63,584 bases of DNA, filler included, from Octopus bimaculoides (GCF_001194135.2; 6 parts of 6 records of this genome joined end to end with filler, not necessarily neighbours in it), one strand, 5' to 3'; shown: positions 13,497-25,863, counted from the first letter of the whole stretch. Made by a program: numbers and translations. The notes: a model not told the origin generated them from the sequence alone.

Positions 13497-16236
13497 GCCT
13501 TGAACTAGGTGCGCAATGTTAGTCTTACGATCAAAGGTATTCAAGTCATAATCGTCATTTCATTTCACATTCAGAGTACTCTGGCCTACATTGTCTAATG
13601 CCTATGTCTTTTTAAACCAGCAGAATGTGATTTGAGTGTGGAATTTAGTCGAGGCTTTCTCTTCACTGTGGCTTTTGTTGTTCTGATACGGAAACAAGTG
13701 CCTAATGTTATTTACTAAAGGATCTGCTTTCCTATCTTAAACACCTGTGAAAGAAATTACTGGAACATTGGTGTGGCTTAATTTCAGTTTCGTCCCGACA
13801 CTGAATTAGGTATACTGCTTCGCTTACGTTACTATTTTCCTAAGGAAAATGTTATGAATCTCACAACTCCCTCCTCTTTTTTTTATTTATTTTTTTTTTA
13901 ACTTCAAACTTGTTCTACGTAAGGAATAAATCTTATCTATCCAACATCATAGACTTCTGAGCTTGCTGTTCTTTTGCTCGTCTAAAGATCTTGGATGTTT
14001 GTCACATTATCTGCACAGAGTGCCATCAGCATACTACTAAGAAACCACACTTCTGCAGTACTAATTAGCACTAGTTTATTGATATTCCTGTAAGGATGGG
14101 TTCTATGTATGCCCCTAGGACTCTTTTCCTCACTTTTATAGATAGCCATTTGTGACACTATTTACACTATATGTTTTATTAATAAGGCTTTTGGTTAAGA
14201 CATACCACATCACTTTTAGAACATATTTATCAAATGTTTTTGTTGCAGTGGAACTGTGTTTGTAGCCAGGTCATAGTCTTATGATGGAAATTTTGACACT
14301 TCAAAAAATAAATTTCACTTACTAGGCACTGGTCAGCCCAGGGCTTTTTGTAGAAGACATTTGTCCAAAGTACTATACAATGAAACTGAACCCAAAACCA
14401 TATAGTTTCAAAACAAGCTTCTTAACCACACAGTTATGCCTTGTTGATAAAATCTTTTATGATACCATACCATATAATCACAGTACATGTTTTACTGATA
14501 AAGTCTTTTTGTGGATGTTATTAATTTTCCCAAAGCTTTCATTGTCTATCTTTCTGCATTTCTTTATTTCATTCAATATAGTCTTTCACCAAGTTTAACA
14601 CCACCATCTGATCCATCTGCTTTTAGTGGAGCCCTCTTTATTGTAAGCATTCTCACCAGGTCTAGGTCTCTGCAGAACTTCCTGTTTTCTTCTTACCAGT
14701 CTCAGAGGCCCTGAAAAGAGTATACTTGTAATTCTTATTTGTGAATGATGCTAGCATATACCATGCTATCATTAATTTCTTAAGTACCTATGTAGTCACA
14801 ATCAGACACAAATACTCTTACAAGCCTCCTAACCTTTGACCTGCCAATTCATCAAGATTGTAACTGCTAGAGGGAAACTGCTGCATCAGCACTCAGTTAG
14901 TTGGTACTCATTTTCAGTTGAATAAACCAGAGCAACATGAAGTAATCAAACCATGAGTCCACTACCCAGACACCAGGCCACATACCTTCAAGAACTCACA
15001 CACACATGCTGATACTATATTTCTGTGACATTCATCTTACTGCTCATAAGAATGTATGATGAATTGTTTACTAAATTTCTTTTTATACCTAACTTGTAAC
15101 AATCAATATTTTATTTCTTTGGATGTTCTTTTGAAGAATTGGAAACAGCTTATTTGCACAAGTGCATTCAGTCAAAAATTCCTCATACCAGATACCAGTA
15201 GATTTCAGGGGTCATCAGAATAGAATATTCACCATTTGGGGGCCTTCCTTTCAACAACTTTATAATGCACTGGGCCCCTGACTCTTGTGAGACCCCATCT
15301 ACTGGATTGACTGATTAGTATCAATCTCAAGTTCTTCATCAGCACCATTCAAACTGTGGAGTTGTGCAGATCTAACTTATCATGTAGGCAAACAGTTACA
15401 TGCCTCACACCCACACATCACCTCTCCAGCCAGGTTTCATCATCCTTTTTCAGTTTAACCTTTTTAATACAAACACACATTAGGCCACTCCCACTTCTTG
15501 TGATTCTTGTGACAAACTTCCTATTTTAAAGTGATTTAAATCACAGCTTCCATCAAAATTCTGTCTTAATTTATGTTCCAAACACCAGCTTAATAATGAC
15601 AAAGTTGATTTACAAAATTCTTTTGTTATATTCAAAATTAATTGAAACAAGAAAATGGTTAAAGTATGAAATGATAGATCCCAAGTTGCTGTTATATAGA
15701 CAGCTTTTCAACTGATTCAGGAATTTTCTATAGAGTTGCTCTAACAGCTAGAAATAACAGCAAAATCTCTTTTAATCACACTTTGCTGCTTTAATAAAGG
15801 ACATATTGGATAATGTAGTCATTATAAATAGAAAATAGGAAAAAATATCATTGTAACTAGAAAAAGGAAAATAGAAAAATCATGTTATGGCTTGAATGCT
15901 TTAGATCTACTTAGTCAGGGCAAACTTGGAGTTAAACAACAACTTCAGTTTTTCTGATTAATCATTCACAGGTCAATGCTTTTTATATCACAGTTGAATT
16001 AATCTATTCTGTTAGAGGATTTCCCATGAAGTGGTTTATTTCCTCATTGGTAGTTCTTAATATTCCTTTCTACAATATATTTTTTCCTATTTTCTTCATT
16101 ATAGAGTGACCTTTCTATAACTTCTTTATCTTCAGCTTCACTTCACCTCTTTTAACCTTGTTCTTGAAAAATTAATATATAATTGTATTTTGTGTCTTCA
16201 AGATTGCACATAATTCACACAAACTTCTGTTTGTCT

Positions 16237-16312
<76 letters not shown>

Positions 16313-16314
<2 letters not shown>

Positions 16315-16685
16315 GCATAGCTGTGTAGTAAGAAGCTTGCTTGCCAACTACATGGTTCCAGGTTCAGTCCCACTGCATGGCACCTTGGGTAAGTGTCTTC
16401 TACTGTAGCCTTGGGCCAACCAAATCCCTGTGAGTGAATTTGATAGATGGAAACTGAAAGAAACCCGTCGTATATATATGCATGTATTTATGTATATATC
16501 TGTGTGTGTGTCTTTGTGCCTGTGCTTGTCTTCCCATCATGCTTGATAACCAGTGTTGATGTGTTTACATCCCTGTAACTTAGTAGTTCAGCAAAAGAGA
16601 CTGATAGAATAAGTACTGGGCTTAAAAAAATAAGGTGATGCTCCAGCATGGCCACAGTCATATGACTGAAACAGGTAAAAGAATA
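16313..16685 (+). mobile_element. tRNA-derived SINE, family A (CpG-erased copy)
   Basis: Head gctgtgtagtaagaagcttgc...ggttcagtcccactg, central (TG)n and tail ctccagcatggccacagtc; homologous to copies at 46663-47064 and 63400-63584. Confidence 0.85.
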
Positions 16686-16864
16686 TATGTATGTATAAAA
16701 GTTCAAATAAAGGTTACAAACCTCATTAAGAGATTATAAAATCCAATGAAAATACTGGTTAGTTACCTATTTAAAAAGTGTTGAATATTACAATTGATAA
16801 TCAACTGTAAGGTAACTAGATAAACTGTGGTTTATATATATATTTTAAGAAGATCAGAAAATAG

Positions 16865-17240
16865 AGAGATTCTATACTGCTACTGTTTACTTCTTGCTCA
16901 GAGATTTAATATTGCTTATTTCTCCTTTTTTGAGATCAGCAACAGTTTGTCACTGGAAAAAGCATATGGTACTTTGCATGTGAAATGAGTTTTCATCACT
17001 AGCTCATGATTATCACATACTGATGACCGGTTACTACCCAGAAACCCGGGTCTGTGCATATCACATAAGGCTAGAGATGGAAACAATGAGTTTCCCCTCG
17101 CGAATACTAATTGGACACAGATGGTGTGTCATTAACCAGCTGGACAAAATGTCCTCTTGGGGCTAAAAACAATAGCATAGTCTTCAATGGGACCACCACA
17201 TTTAGTTGGCAATTATATTTTACAATGATAATTAATTTAT
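16865..17240 (+). pseudogene. ENPP4/5-like ectonucleotide pyrophosphatase/phosphodiesterase, N-terminal fragment
   Basis: Ordered motifs ILLIS (16909), YGTLHVK*VFIT (16989), HILMTGYYPET (17014), WCVINQ (17122), IVFNGT. Compare ENPP consensus LLVSFDG / YGVHVK..VFITKT / HYTLVTGLYPE / WITNQ / INGT. Stops and frameshifts present. Confidence 0.65.
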
Positions 17241-17651
17241 TAATTAAGAAATTAAACATCATCTCTGACAGCTGTTTCGATTCCAGACCTTTAGAAATTA
17301 ATTACCATAAAACCATTTAAAAGTTGAATCTCATCAGAGTTGACTAAAGATATACAATTAGGTGTTCATATTCCTGCTTGTTGAATATATGGTTCCAAAC
17401 CATTAACTGTTAAAATTTATATATAAAGAACATGGCATAAACTTTACAAAGGGGAGGAAGGTAGTATATTTATTGGAGTTATAATAAAAGTAAGAATAGA
17501 ACAATATATCCTTCTAGGATATTAAATAAAAGAAAATGTGAAAGTAGGTATATAAGTATAATTGCAATATATTACAATGTATTATGCACCAATACTAATG
17601 CTATAGATAAGCAGTGTGTAAATTAATATTAGTAATTTACACACTGCTTAT

Positions 17652-17931
17652 AACAATAAAAATGAAATGAAACTTAGATATAATTCTCATCTGTCAAGCT
17701 TCAGGAATAGAAATAAAGCTAACTCTACAGGGTTAAGCAGTTACATCTGGGAATTTAAGGATAATAACATTAATCATAGATTAGAATGGCACATCCTAGC
17801 CAAAACATCTTCATACAACCTTAAATATAAAGGCTGCAATTTATGCATCAATGAAAAATACTTCATTTTAATGGCCAAATCAGAATTGTTTAATAAATGA
17901 GACGAGAAAAAGATAGCATGCTTACATAAAG

Positions 17932-17935
<4 letters not shown>
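17652..17935 (+). mobile_element. Penelope-like element, GIY-YIG endonuclease C-terminal fragment
   Basis: KLRYNSHLSSFRN...STGLSSYIWEFKD...WHIL...CNLCINEKYFIL...LFNK. Confidence 0.85.
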
Positions 17936-17982
<47 letters not shown>

Positions 17983-18001
17983 TGTATATATATACATATG
18001 T

Positions 18002-18229
18002 ATATCATCATCATCATCGTTTAACGTCCGCTTTCCATGCTAGCATGGGTTGGACGATTTGACTGAGGATGTGAAACCAGATGGCTACACCAGGCTCCAA
18101 TCTGATTTGGCAGAGTTTCTACAACTGGATGCCCTTCCTAACGCCAACCACTCAGAGAGTGTAGTGGGTGTTTTTACGTGCCACCAGCACGAAGGCCGGT
18201 CAGGCGGTACTGGCAACGGCCATGCTCAA
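18002..18229 (-). mobile_element. RTE-related SINE or LINE 3' end with (GAT)n tail
   Basis: Starts with (CAT)n on the + strand and contains ggatgcccttcctaacgccaacc, a motif I recall from RTE-associated 3' ends. Truncated by a gap. Confidence 0.55.
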
Positions 18230-18589
18230 NNNNNNNNNNNNNNNNNNNNNNNNNNNNNNNNNNNNNNNNNNNNTTAATTAATTAANNNNNNNNNNNNNNN
18301 NNNNNNNNNNNNNNNNNNNNNNNNNNNNNAAGGTTTAATTTGTGTATACAAATTTAATTTGCGGTCCATGGGAAGAGCCGTTTTAGCGATGCGTCCTGCC
18401 CAGCTCTTCGAAGCGCCGGTGTTAAAACGGGGGTAGCTGATGAAGAAGAATGTTCTCTATGTGGCTTGTGTGTTTTCTCGTCTACGTTTTGTTTGCAATG
18501 TCCTGTACCCAGATATGCACCTATACATACAGGTGGATGTCGGTATGCACATACCTGTACGTATATATGCATATACTCATTTACTATTT

Positions 18590-18627
<38 letters not shown>

Positions 18628-19584
18628 TAACAATTATATATATATATATATATATATTTCACAAACTCAGTGTTGGGTACAGTCCCTATGCAATATCTGT
18701 AGAAATAACGTCAACAAAATAATGTAAAATGCACTGTTAAAGCAATAGAACTTGGTACTGATATATAAAAACATGTAGAATACATTATAGCATATTATGG
18801 TTGCATAACAAAATACTACGTACCAACAAATCATTAATATATTATATCACATACACACACACATACACTGAATACGTTTAGAAAATTCTGATATCGAGTG
18901 TGTACCCAATGTTAATGCAAGAGTAAAGAGAAGATCGATTCACCTTTTTGTTTTCTAAAATTTCAAACTACTTTTCTAGTTATGTATCCTTCCTTTTCGT
19001 TTTCAGGTTTCAGATATCAATAAATGGAAATTTTGTCTACTAATTGCAAGCATTATTTCATTCAATTTACTTTTTGCGTCATCTGAATCCGTTGAAACTA
19101 TGAGATGCTATGGTATAGTATTAAAATTAGTATACATGTAACTGGTCGTAGATAGCCGTTGAAATTTTCTTTAAGGATATGAGAGCTAAACACAAACACC
19201 CAACGCACAGAGACACTCCATAGAGGCGATCTTACTCGCCAACATATATAAACGCACACTTAAAAACAAATACGGAAATACATGTAGATGTAAATTCCCG
19301 ATAGACAGATATTCGTATAAATGATAGAAGCATTTAACTACAATGCATATAAATATGTTTGTATATAAGCATGTTATTTGTGAGTGAATTTGGCAAAAGA
19401 AACTGAATAAAAGTTCTTGTGAGTCTGTGTGTGAGTGAAGGTGTATGTGCGTACTAATATAATATGTATGTATTATATATATACATGTATAGTAACTATC
19501 TATATATATGTTACATAGACAAATGGATTGATACATATATACATACATATATACACACATAGGCAGATGCGTGTGTATTATATA

Positions 19585-19617
<33 letters not shown>

Positions 19618-20679
19618 NNNNNNNNNNNNNNNNNNNNNNNNNNNNNNNNNNNNNNNNNNNNNNNNNNNNNNNNNNNNNNNNNNNNNNNNNNNNNNNNNNN
19701 NNNNNNNNNNNNNNNNNNNNNNNNNNNNNNNNNNNNNNNNNNNNNNNNNNNNNNNNNNNNNNNNNNNNNNNNNNNNNNNNNNNNNNNNNNNNNNNNNNNN
19801 NNNNNNNNNNNNNNNNNNNNNNNNNNNNNNNNNNNNNNNNNNNNNNNNNNNNNNNNNNNNNNNNNNNNNNNNNNNNNNNNNNNNNNNNNNNNNNNNNNNN
19901 NNNNNNNNNNNNNNNNNNNTTTTTAATGTAAAGCTAAAGAAAATAAAGCGAAAAAAGTCACTATTTTATCCAACACTGCAACAATTCCGTTAGGTCGCCG
20001 CCATTGCCTCTTTTTCCTAATAACCCTTTCCAATATCGCCAAAACCGGGCTAAAATCAACCCTGGTGTTTATTTTATCGACCCCTGCGGAATTTGAACTC
20101 AGAATCTTAAGAACGAAATGATGTTCTTTTATTCTTTAATTTGTTGCAGTCATTTGACTGCAGCCATGCTGGAGCACCGAGTAAGCTTACAAAGAGTAAG
20201 TCCTGTGGTCGATTTGTTCGACTAAAGGCAGTGCTCCAGCTTGGCTGCATTCAAATGACTGAAACAAATAAAAGAATATACAGATAGTGAAATCATAATG
20301 GATCCTATTTGATATGTCAGCTGTTTAATGCTCGCTAAAGCTGTAAGTGAATTTAGATATTCCATTTTGTATATTGCATCGTGAGAAACGGCATAGTTAG
20401 TAAGAATGCATACAATACATATAGAAACAAATCGATGAAAGGTAAAACAGCAGTGAGGCGAACAATATGAAATAGAAGACAAACATAGTAATGAGAAATA
20501 TTTCTCTGTGTGTGTGTGTGTATGTGTGTGTGTGTGTGTTAAAGATTCTGAAACAGCGATCATCACTGTATGCTTGCATATACCTAACTATATACGTAAA
20601 ATAATTAAACGTGTACACATTAGTAGATACATGTAGGTGCGAATACACGTGCATATATGTACAACCCTACTAACACACC

Positions 20680-20713
<34 letters not shown>

Positions 20714-23518
20714 TAAGCATGTATGTATGTATAAATACACTTTTTTTTTTAATTTTTTTTTTTTTATAAAGTTTCAGTTTAGAGCTGCGGCCATGCTGAT
20801 GCACCACCGTGTTGNNNNNNNNNNNNNNNNNNNNNNNNNNNNNNNNNNNNNNNNNNNNNNNNNNNNNNNNNNNNNNNNNNNNNNNNNNNNNNNNNNNNNN
20901 NNNNNNNNNNNNNNGTGTTTGTGTGTGTGTTAAATAGAATGAGAGAAAGAAACCAAGGCTCTGTGGAATTTATAAGATATTTATAGGGAGAAATAGTAGA
21001 GTTCAATATTAGGAGGTCTTTTGGAAAAGGATGGATTTAGGAAGCATAATGTGAAATAAGAGAATAAAAATACAGATAGAAATAAAAATATATGTCGGAT
21101 GTTACATTTGCAGTTCCATTATCCAGTATATATGACTGATTAACAACACTTCCTCAACTCAGAAAAAAACTATACAGATGTTTAAAGAGATCAAGAAGAC
21201 CCTGGTCGTGTATTTGTTTTGAGTGGATAAAAGTGTTACAAATCATTGACCCCACTTTTCAGCATAATGCACTATAACAACAGTGACCCCACAGTGATTG
21301 CAACGACCAGAAAGCACCTGCACTTCAGGTTGTACGCTACTGGATAAAGCTTACAGTCACACACATGACTTGCATATACACATACATACATATTATATTC
21401 ATACATGAAAACGTACGCAGACACTCAGGCAACTACGAAGACGTACGAAAGCACACGTGTACAGCGTCACGCGCACACTTATGAATATGTCTGGTGTGCG
21501 GTGCTGTGACGTCACCCACATTTCTTTCCAATATAGAGCGTCACAGGAAACCAAAGACCTCTTTAACCAGTGTGTTCTTTCTTAAGCAATTGAATCAGAT
21601 CTGTGTGAGAGTTGGCTCAGATTTCTAACTAGGCGAGTGACAGTAGAAATCGTTGCTTTTATGACACGTCTGTCTTGGTTTTTTGACTGTGTGTTGGTGT
21701 GCATGTGTGCCAGTGTTTGCGGGACAGTGTACGTTTGTATAGTGATAATGAATTTTTCCAATATCAGAATATATGCCAAGCTAGAAAATAAAGAATAATA
21801 ATATGTATGAATACTTTACACAATTAATAATATATGAACGAGAAGAAAATAAATTGTTCAGGTTGGGTGGTAGATTATTTACCCTAATGTACTATTATTT
21901 TATTTTAGCGAGCGAAACACAAACACTGTCCGTCTCACAGCATAGATTGCAGAAATAATAAACTGGAAAAGAAATCGCATAAGTTAATCAGAGAGGATGT
22001 TTATCTGTGAGCCTGTATTTTGTATGTGTGTATGTGTCTGTGTGTCTGTCTGTGAATAATAAGAGCGGGGCGGCATTATTGATATTTGACTTTTGCTGTT
22101 TTATAGATATAAACACTATTAGACGTGTGTTAATATTTATAATAGAAAGAGCGTATTTGTATTGAATAGATTTCGTTTCCAAATAAAAGTAATTCGATTT
22201 CAATTAAAATAGAATACACACTTAAGTGTGTTTGAGTTTGTATACTAGTGTTTCTGTGTGTCTGTGTATCTGCGAGGACAAAGCTTGTCAAGCAGAGGAG
22301 TAGAATATTTGAGAAAACATCATTCACGGATAAAGACGTGCTTCCAGCGTCACGTGTCTGAACTGTCCTCGGAGAGAAGTGAACTCCTCTTTTGCTCCGA
22401 ATAATTCGCAACTAAAAGGTTGGGGATTTGTGAGAGCTAGACGGAATTTTATTTGTTTTTACTTAGGCCTCGCACATTTTATTGACATGTGACATTGTCA
22501 GTGTGTATGCTCAAAACGTTTACTCAACAATAATTGCAAAACACAAATTTCTTGGCTAAGTGTCAAAGCTAATACAGAAAATTATATCAGAAACAGTTGT
22601 CACTACAACCTCTCTACATGCTACCTAGAGCGGTAAAGATTATAATAACGGACACTCTCGGCAAAAAGTTTAGTGGGTTCTAGAAAATGTTTCCACGCAA
22701 ATGCCCAACACTAAGTTCCTTAAAGAAACCCCAGCTGCAAATACTTCAACAATTAGACCGAATGATTACAGGTCTTCTCTACCTCAAACTTTCTCATAGC
22801 GTCATCCTTTCAGACGTCCAACAACATTAAACATTTCTTTGTTCACTGTAATTTCAGTCGTCTGTTATAGCAGATGTATTTCTGTAAGCCTCCAGAAATG
22901 CAGTGCATCGAATCCGGTGAGTGATATTTGGGTTCTCGCTTTGCAAAACAATTAAGGTGAGAAGCTCAAGGAAATTGTGATCCTACCAAGGGAACTATCC
23001 ACAGTAATAAAGTGAAACCGTTTTGAAACAATGAACAAGGCACAGTATTATTAAGAACCCAACTTATGTCATTTGTTGTCATCGATGTAAGTAAGCTGCA
23101 CGCTATAAATGGTTTTACGAGACAAATGGTTCCTAATTAAAGCAAGCCTAGAAATGGTAAATGACGGCAGGTTGTAAGGCATAGAAAATTCCCAGATGAT
23201 ATGACTGATAACAACGATGTGAAGCTAATTACCTATCATTTGATAAATGCAAAACCTCTAGAGTCTACGTGAGAATGAAGGAAGCCGCCGGCCTAATTCA
23301 TATACAGGCCAAGGCATCGGAAAAAATAAACAGCATAAAAGGCCACAATAAAAGAAAGGCAGATGCAGAGGTGAAGCAACAAGTGCTATGAATTCTAATC
23401 CAAAATAAAACGAGTTAATCCTTAACACCACCGAGTACGTTCACGTCATGGAGGAATTAGCTGCAATGCTCACTGCAGTTGAAATGTATGTGTGTGTCTC
23501 TCTTTCTCTCTCTCTTTC

Positions 23519-23576
<58 letters not shown>

Positions 23577-23700
23577 CACATACAGAGAGAGAGATAAACA
23601 GACAAATAGATATATAGACAGATAGACGGATAGTCGGACAGATAGACAGAGAGACGGACAGATAGACAGACAGACAGACAGACAGATCGATAAATAGATA

Positions 23701-23910
23701 CAGGGTGTCCACAATGTCTGGGTACATGGAGTAAATAAAATCGTAGCATAAACAATTAAATATAAGAAATAATAATTTCTTAAAGTATGTGTTAATCCCC
23801 ATGTGGATACATGGAGTAAAAATTATAGCACAAGCAATTAAATATAAGAAATAATGATTTTTTTAACGTATGTGTTAATCCCCATGTACCCAGACTTTGT
23901 GGACACCCTG
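23701..23910. mobile_element. Tc1/mariner-type MITE
   Basis: 29-bp TIRs (CAGGGTGTCCACAA[T/A]GTCTGGGTACATGG, 28/29 match), TA on both flanks, internal ~82-bp tandem duplication. Confidence 0.9.
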
Positions 23911-23987
<77 letters not shown>

Positions 23988-25019
23988 GTAATACCAAGAA
24001 TCTTCTGATGAAGAAAACGTGATTTCACCTCATTGGTGTATAAGACTTCGTAATATTTCATACCTAATATATATGGTTACAGCGCAAATTACGATTTCAT
24101 CTGAAGCAGCTCTAAAGTTAAGAATATTACATCATTTTATTTGCCTATTTGTATTCCAAAAATAAATACACTCGCTACATATATTTTATATCGTTGCCAT
24201 TGCATATCAATGCGATCTCATGCTGAGAAAATACAGTGGAATTACGAGGTTGACATTAATAAACATATAGTGTTTGAGAGCAAACTATAGTAAAAAAAAA
24301 AAGTAAAATGAAACCGATTTGAAAGTTGAAGAGTTTATGATGGTGTACTGACTAGCAAACACAGGCAGGATGATTGGTTGAGAGAGGACGGAGGAAAAGC
24401 AAGCAGCAAAGAAAGAAAGAAAGAAAGTAAGAGAACATTAAACGAACAGCAGTTTGAAGTCGGAGGTTAGGTTTCAAGTTTCATTAAGCAAGACGAGAAA
24501 TAGGCACAATTTTAGTAATGGTAGAAAGCAAGAAAACCTTTATGGAAAAAAGATAATTTACTGCTGTTGTTGGGATAAACTTCTGAAATAAACACAATTG
24601 CTTGTATTTGTTTATTATTTTTTTTTTTTTTTACATTTGTAAAATGATACTCTAATATTTTCATAATATATCATTTTCAATTAATTTTTCTTAACTACAT
24701 AGCCATTGAAGAGATGAATATATGACTCTAGTGATATCATTTTCCTTTCCCCTGGAAAGCAAAATAATAGTTAAGTGCCGTTATGTGCCATCATTTTTAG
24801 CGGCTTACATGCAATTTCAGAATTAGGAAGTAAGACTAATATTTTACAGTTTAATACGACCTAAACACTAGTATCATTTTGTCCGGCGTGCTAACGAGTC
24901 TACCAGCCCACCGCCTTAATAATAATCATAATAATAATAACAACAATAATAATAATAATAATTATAATGATGATGATGATGACGATAATTATCCTTTCTT
25001 CCAAAGCACAGCATTAGAT

Positions 25020-25203
25020 ATTTGTGGGGAGGTGACTAGTTAATTACATCGACCCCAGAGTTTTACCAGTACTTAATTTATCGGTTCCGAATGGATGAAA
25101 GTCAAAGTTGACCCCGGGGGAATTTGAACTCAGAACACGAAGACATATGAAACTCCGCTAAGCATTTCGTCCGGCGTGCTAACGTTTCTGACAGCTCGAT
25201 GCC
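25020..25203 (-). mobile_element. tRNA-derived SINE, family B
   Basis: Reverse complement of ...gttagcacgccggacgaaatgcttagcgg...ctgagttcaaatt...ataaattaagtac...gtcgatgtaat; same family as 28955-29160. Confidence 0.8.
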
Positions 25204-25238
<35 letters not shown>

Positions 25239-25257
25239 TATTATTATTATTATTATA

Positions 25258-25814
25258 AATGCCTGAATGCAGTACTAGGCACTGGTTCTCATGACTTCTG
25301 ATCTTAATTGATTGGAATTGTTATCATCTATATTGTTTTGTCTTGGTATAAAAAAGATGGGTTACAGCAAATATTCTGCTTAATACCACAGATTTGCTTG
25401 TCAGTTGTTGGACCTTAACCAGTTGAGCATGTCCCTTGGTGGCTGACGATATGTGCATCTCAAATCATCAGCAGAAGTAGTGGGGGATCATCATAGCCAT
25501 GTGTTGAAAGGAATTCTTTTGGGTTTGAATAATTCACCTTTAGAAACATAGGTGTTTTGCTCAACATCCTTAAACAAACCTTATTCAGGGACCTTTTGAA
25601 CGGGATGGGCTACTCGACCTGAAGAAAATTCTAACTGGGCCCCACCTACGAGATCATGTGCTGTTTATCTTGATATGAGATCACCATGCCACGCACATAT
25701 GGTTGTGATGTATGTGCCTGGTGTACCCTATCAGACAGGTAGTCATGATGGGTATACTGGGCTTCGTATATTTTACCCCAGTGTCACTGATGGCATGCAC
25801 TGCTCTCTCCCTCA
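25258..25814 (+). mobile_element. ~560-bp dispersed non-coding repeat (family D) embedded in (AAT)n
   Basis: Colinear, highly similar copy at 48007-48513 and a partial copy at 61531-61714. Both full copies are flanked by AAT/TTA arrays. Confidence 0.85.
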
Positions 25815-25830
25815 ATAATAATAATGATAA

Positions 25831-25863
<33 letters not shown>

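Noticed and set aside
18230-18329. TTAATTAATTAA flanked by N runs, recurring at about 38295, 49202, 57188 and 60124
   Set aside because: Identical 12-mer centred in a ~100-bp N block (44+12+44 at 18230-18329) with stops in all frames. This is a scaffolding gap marker, not a biological repeat or CRISPR-like array.
21180-21330. DPGRVFVLSG*KCYKS, a weak hemopexin-like string
   Set aside because: Too short, interrupted by stops, and without splice signals or a second repeat.
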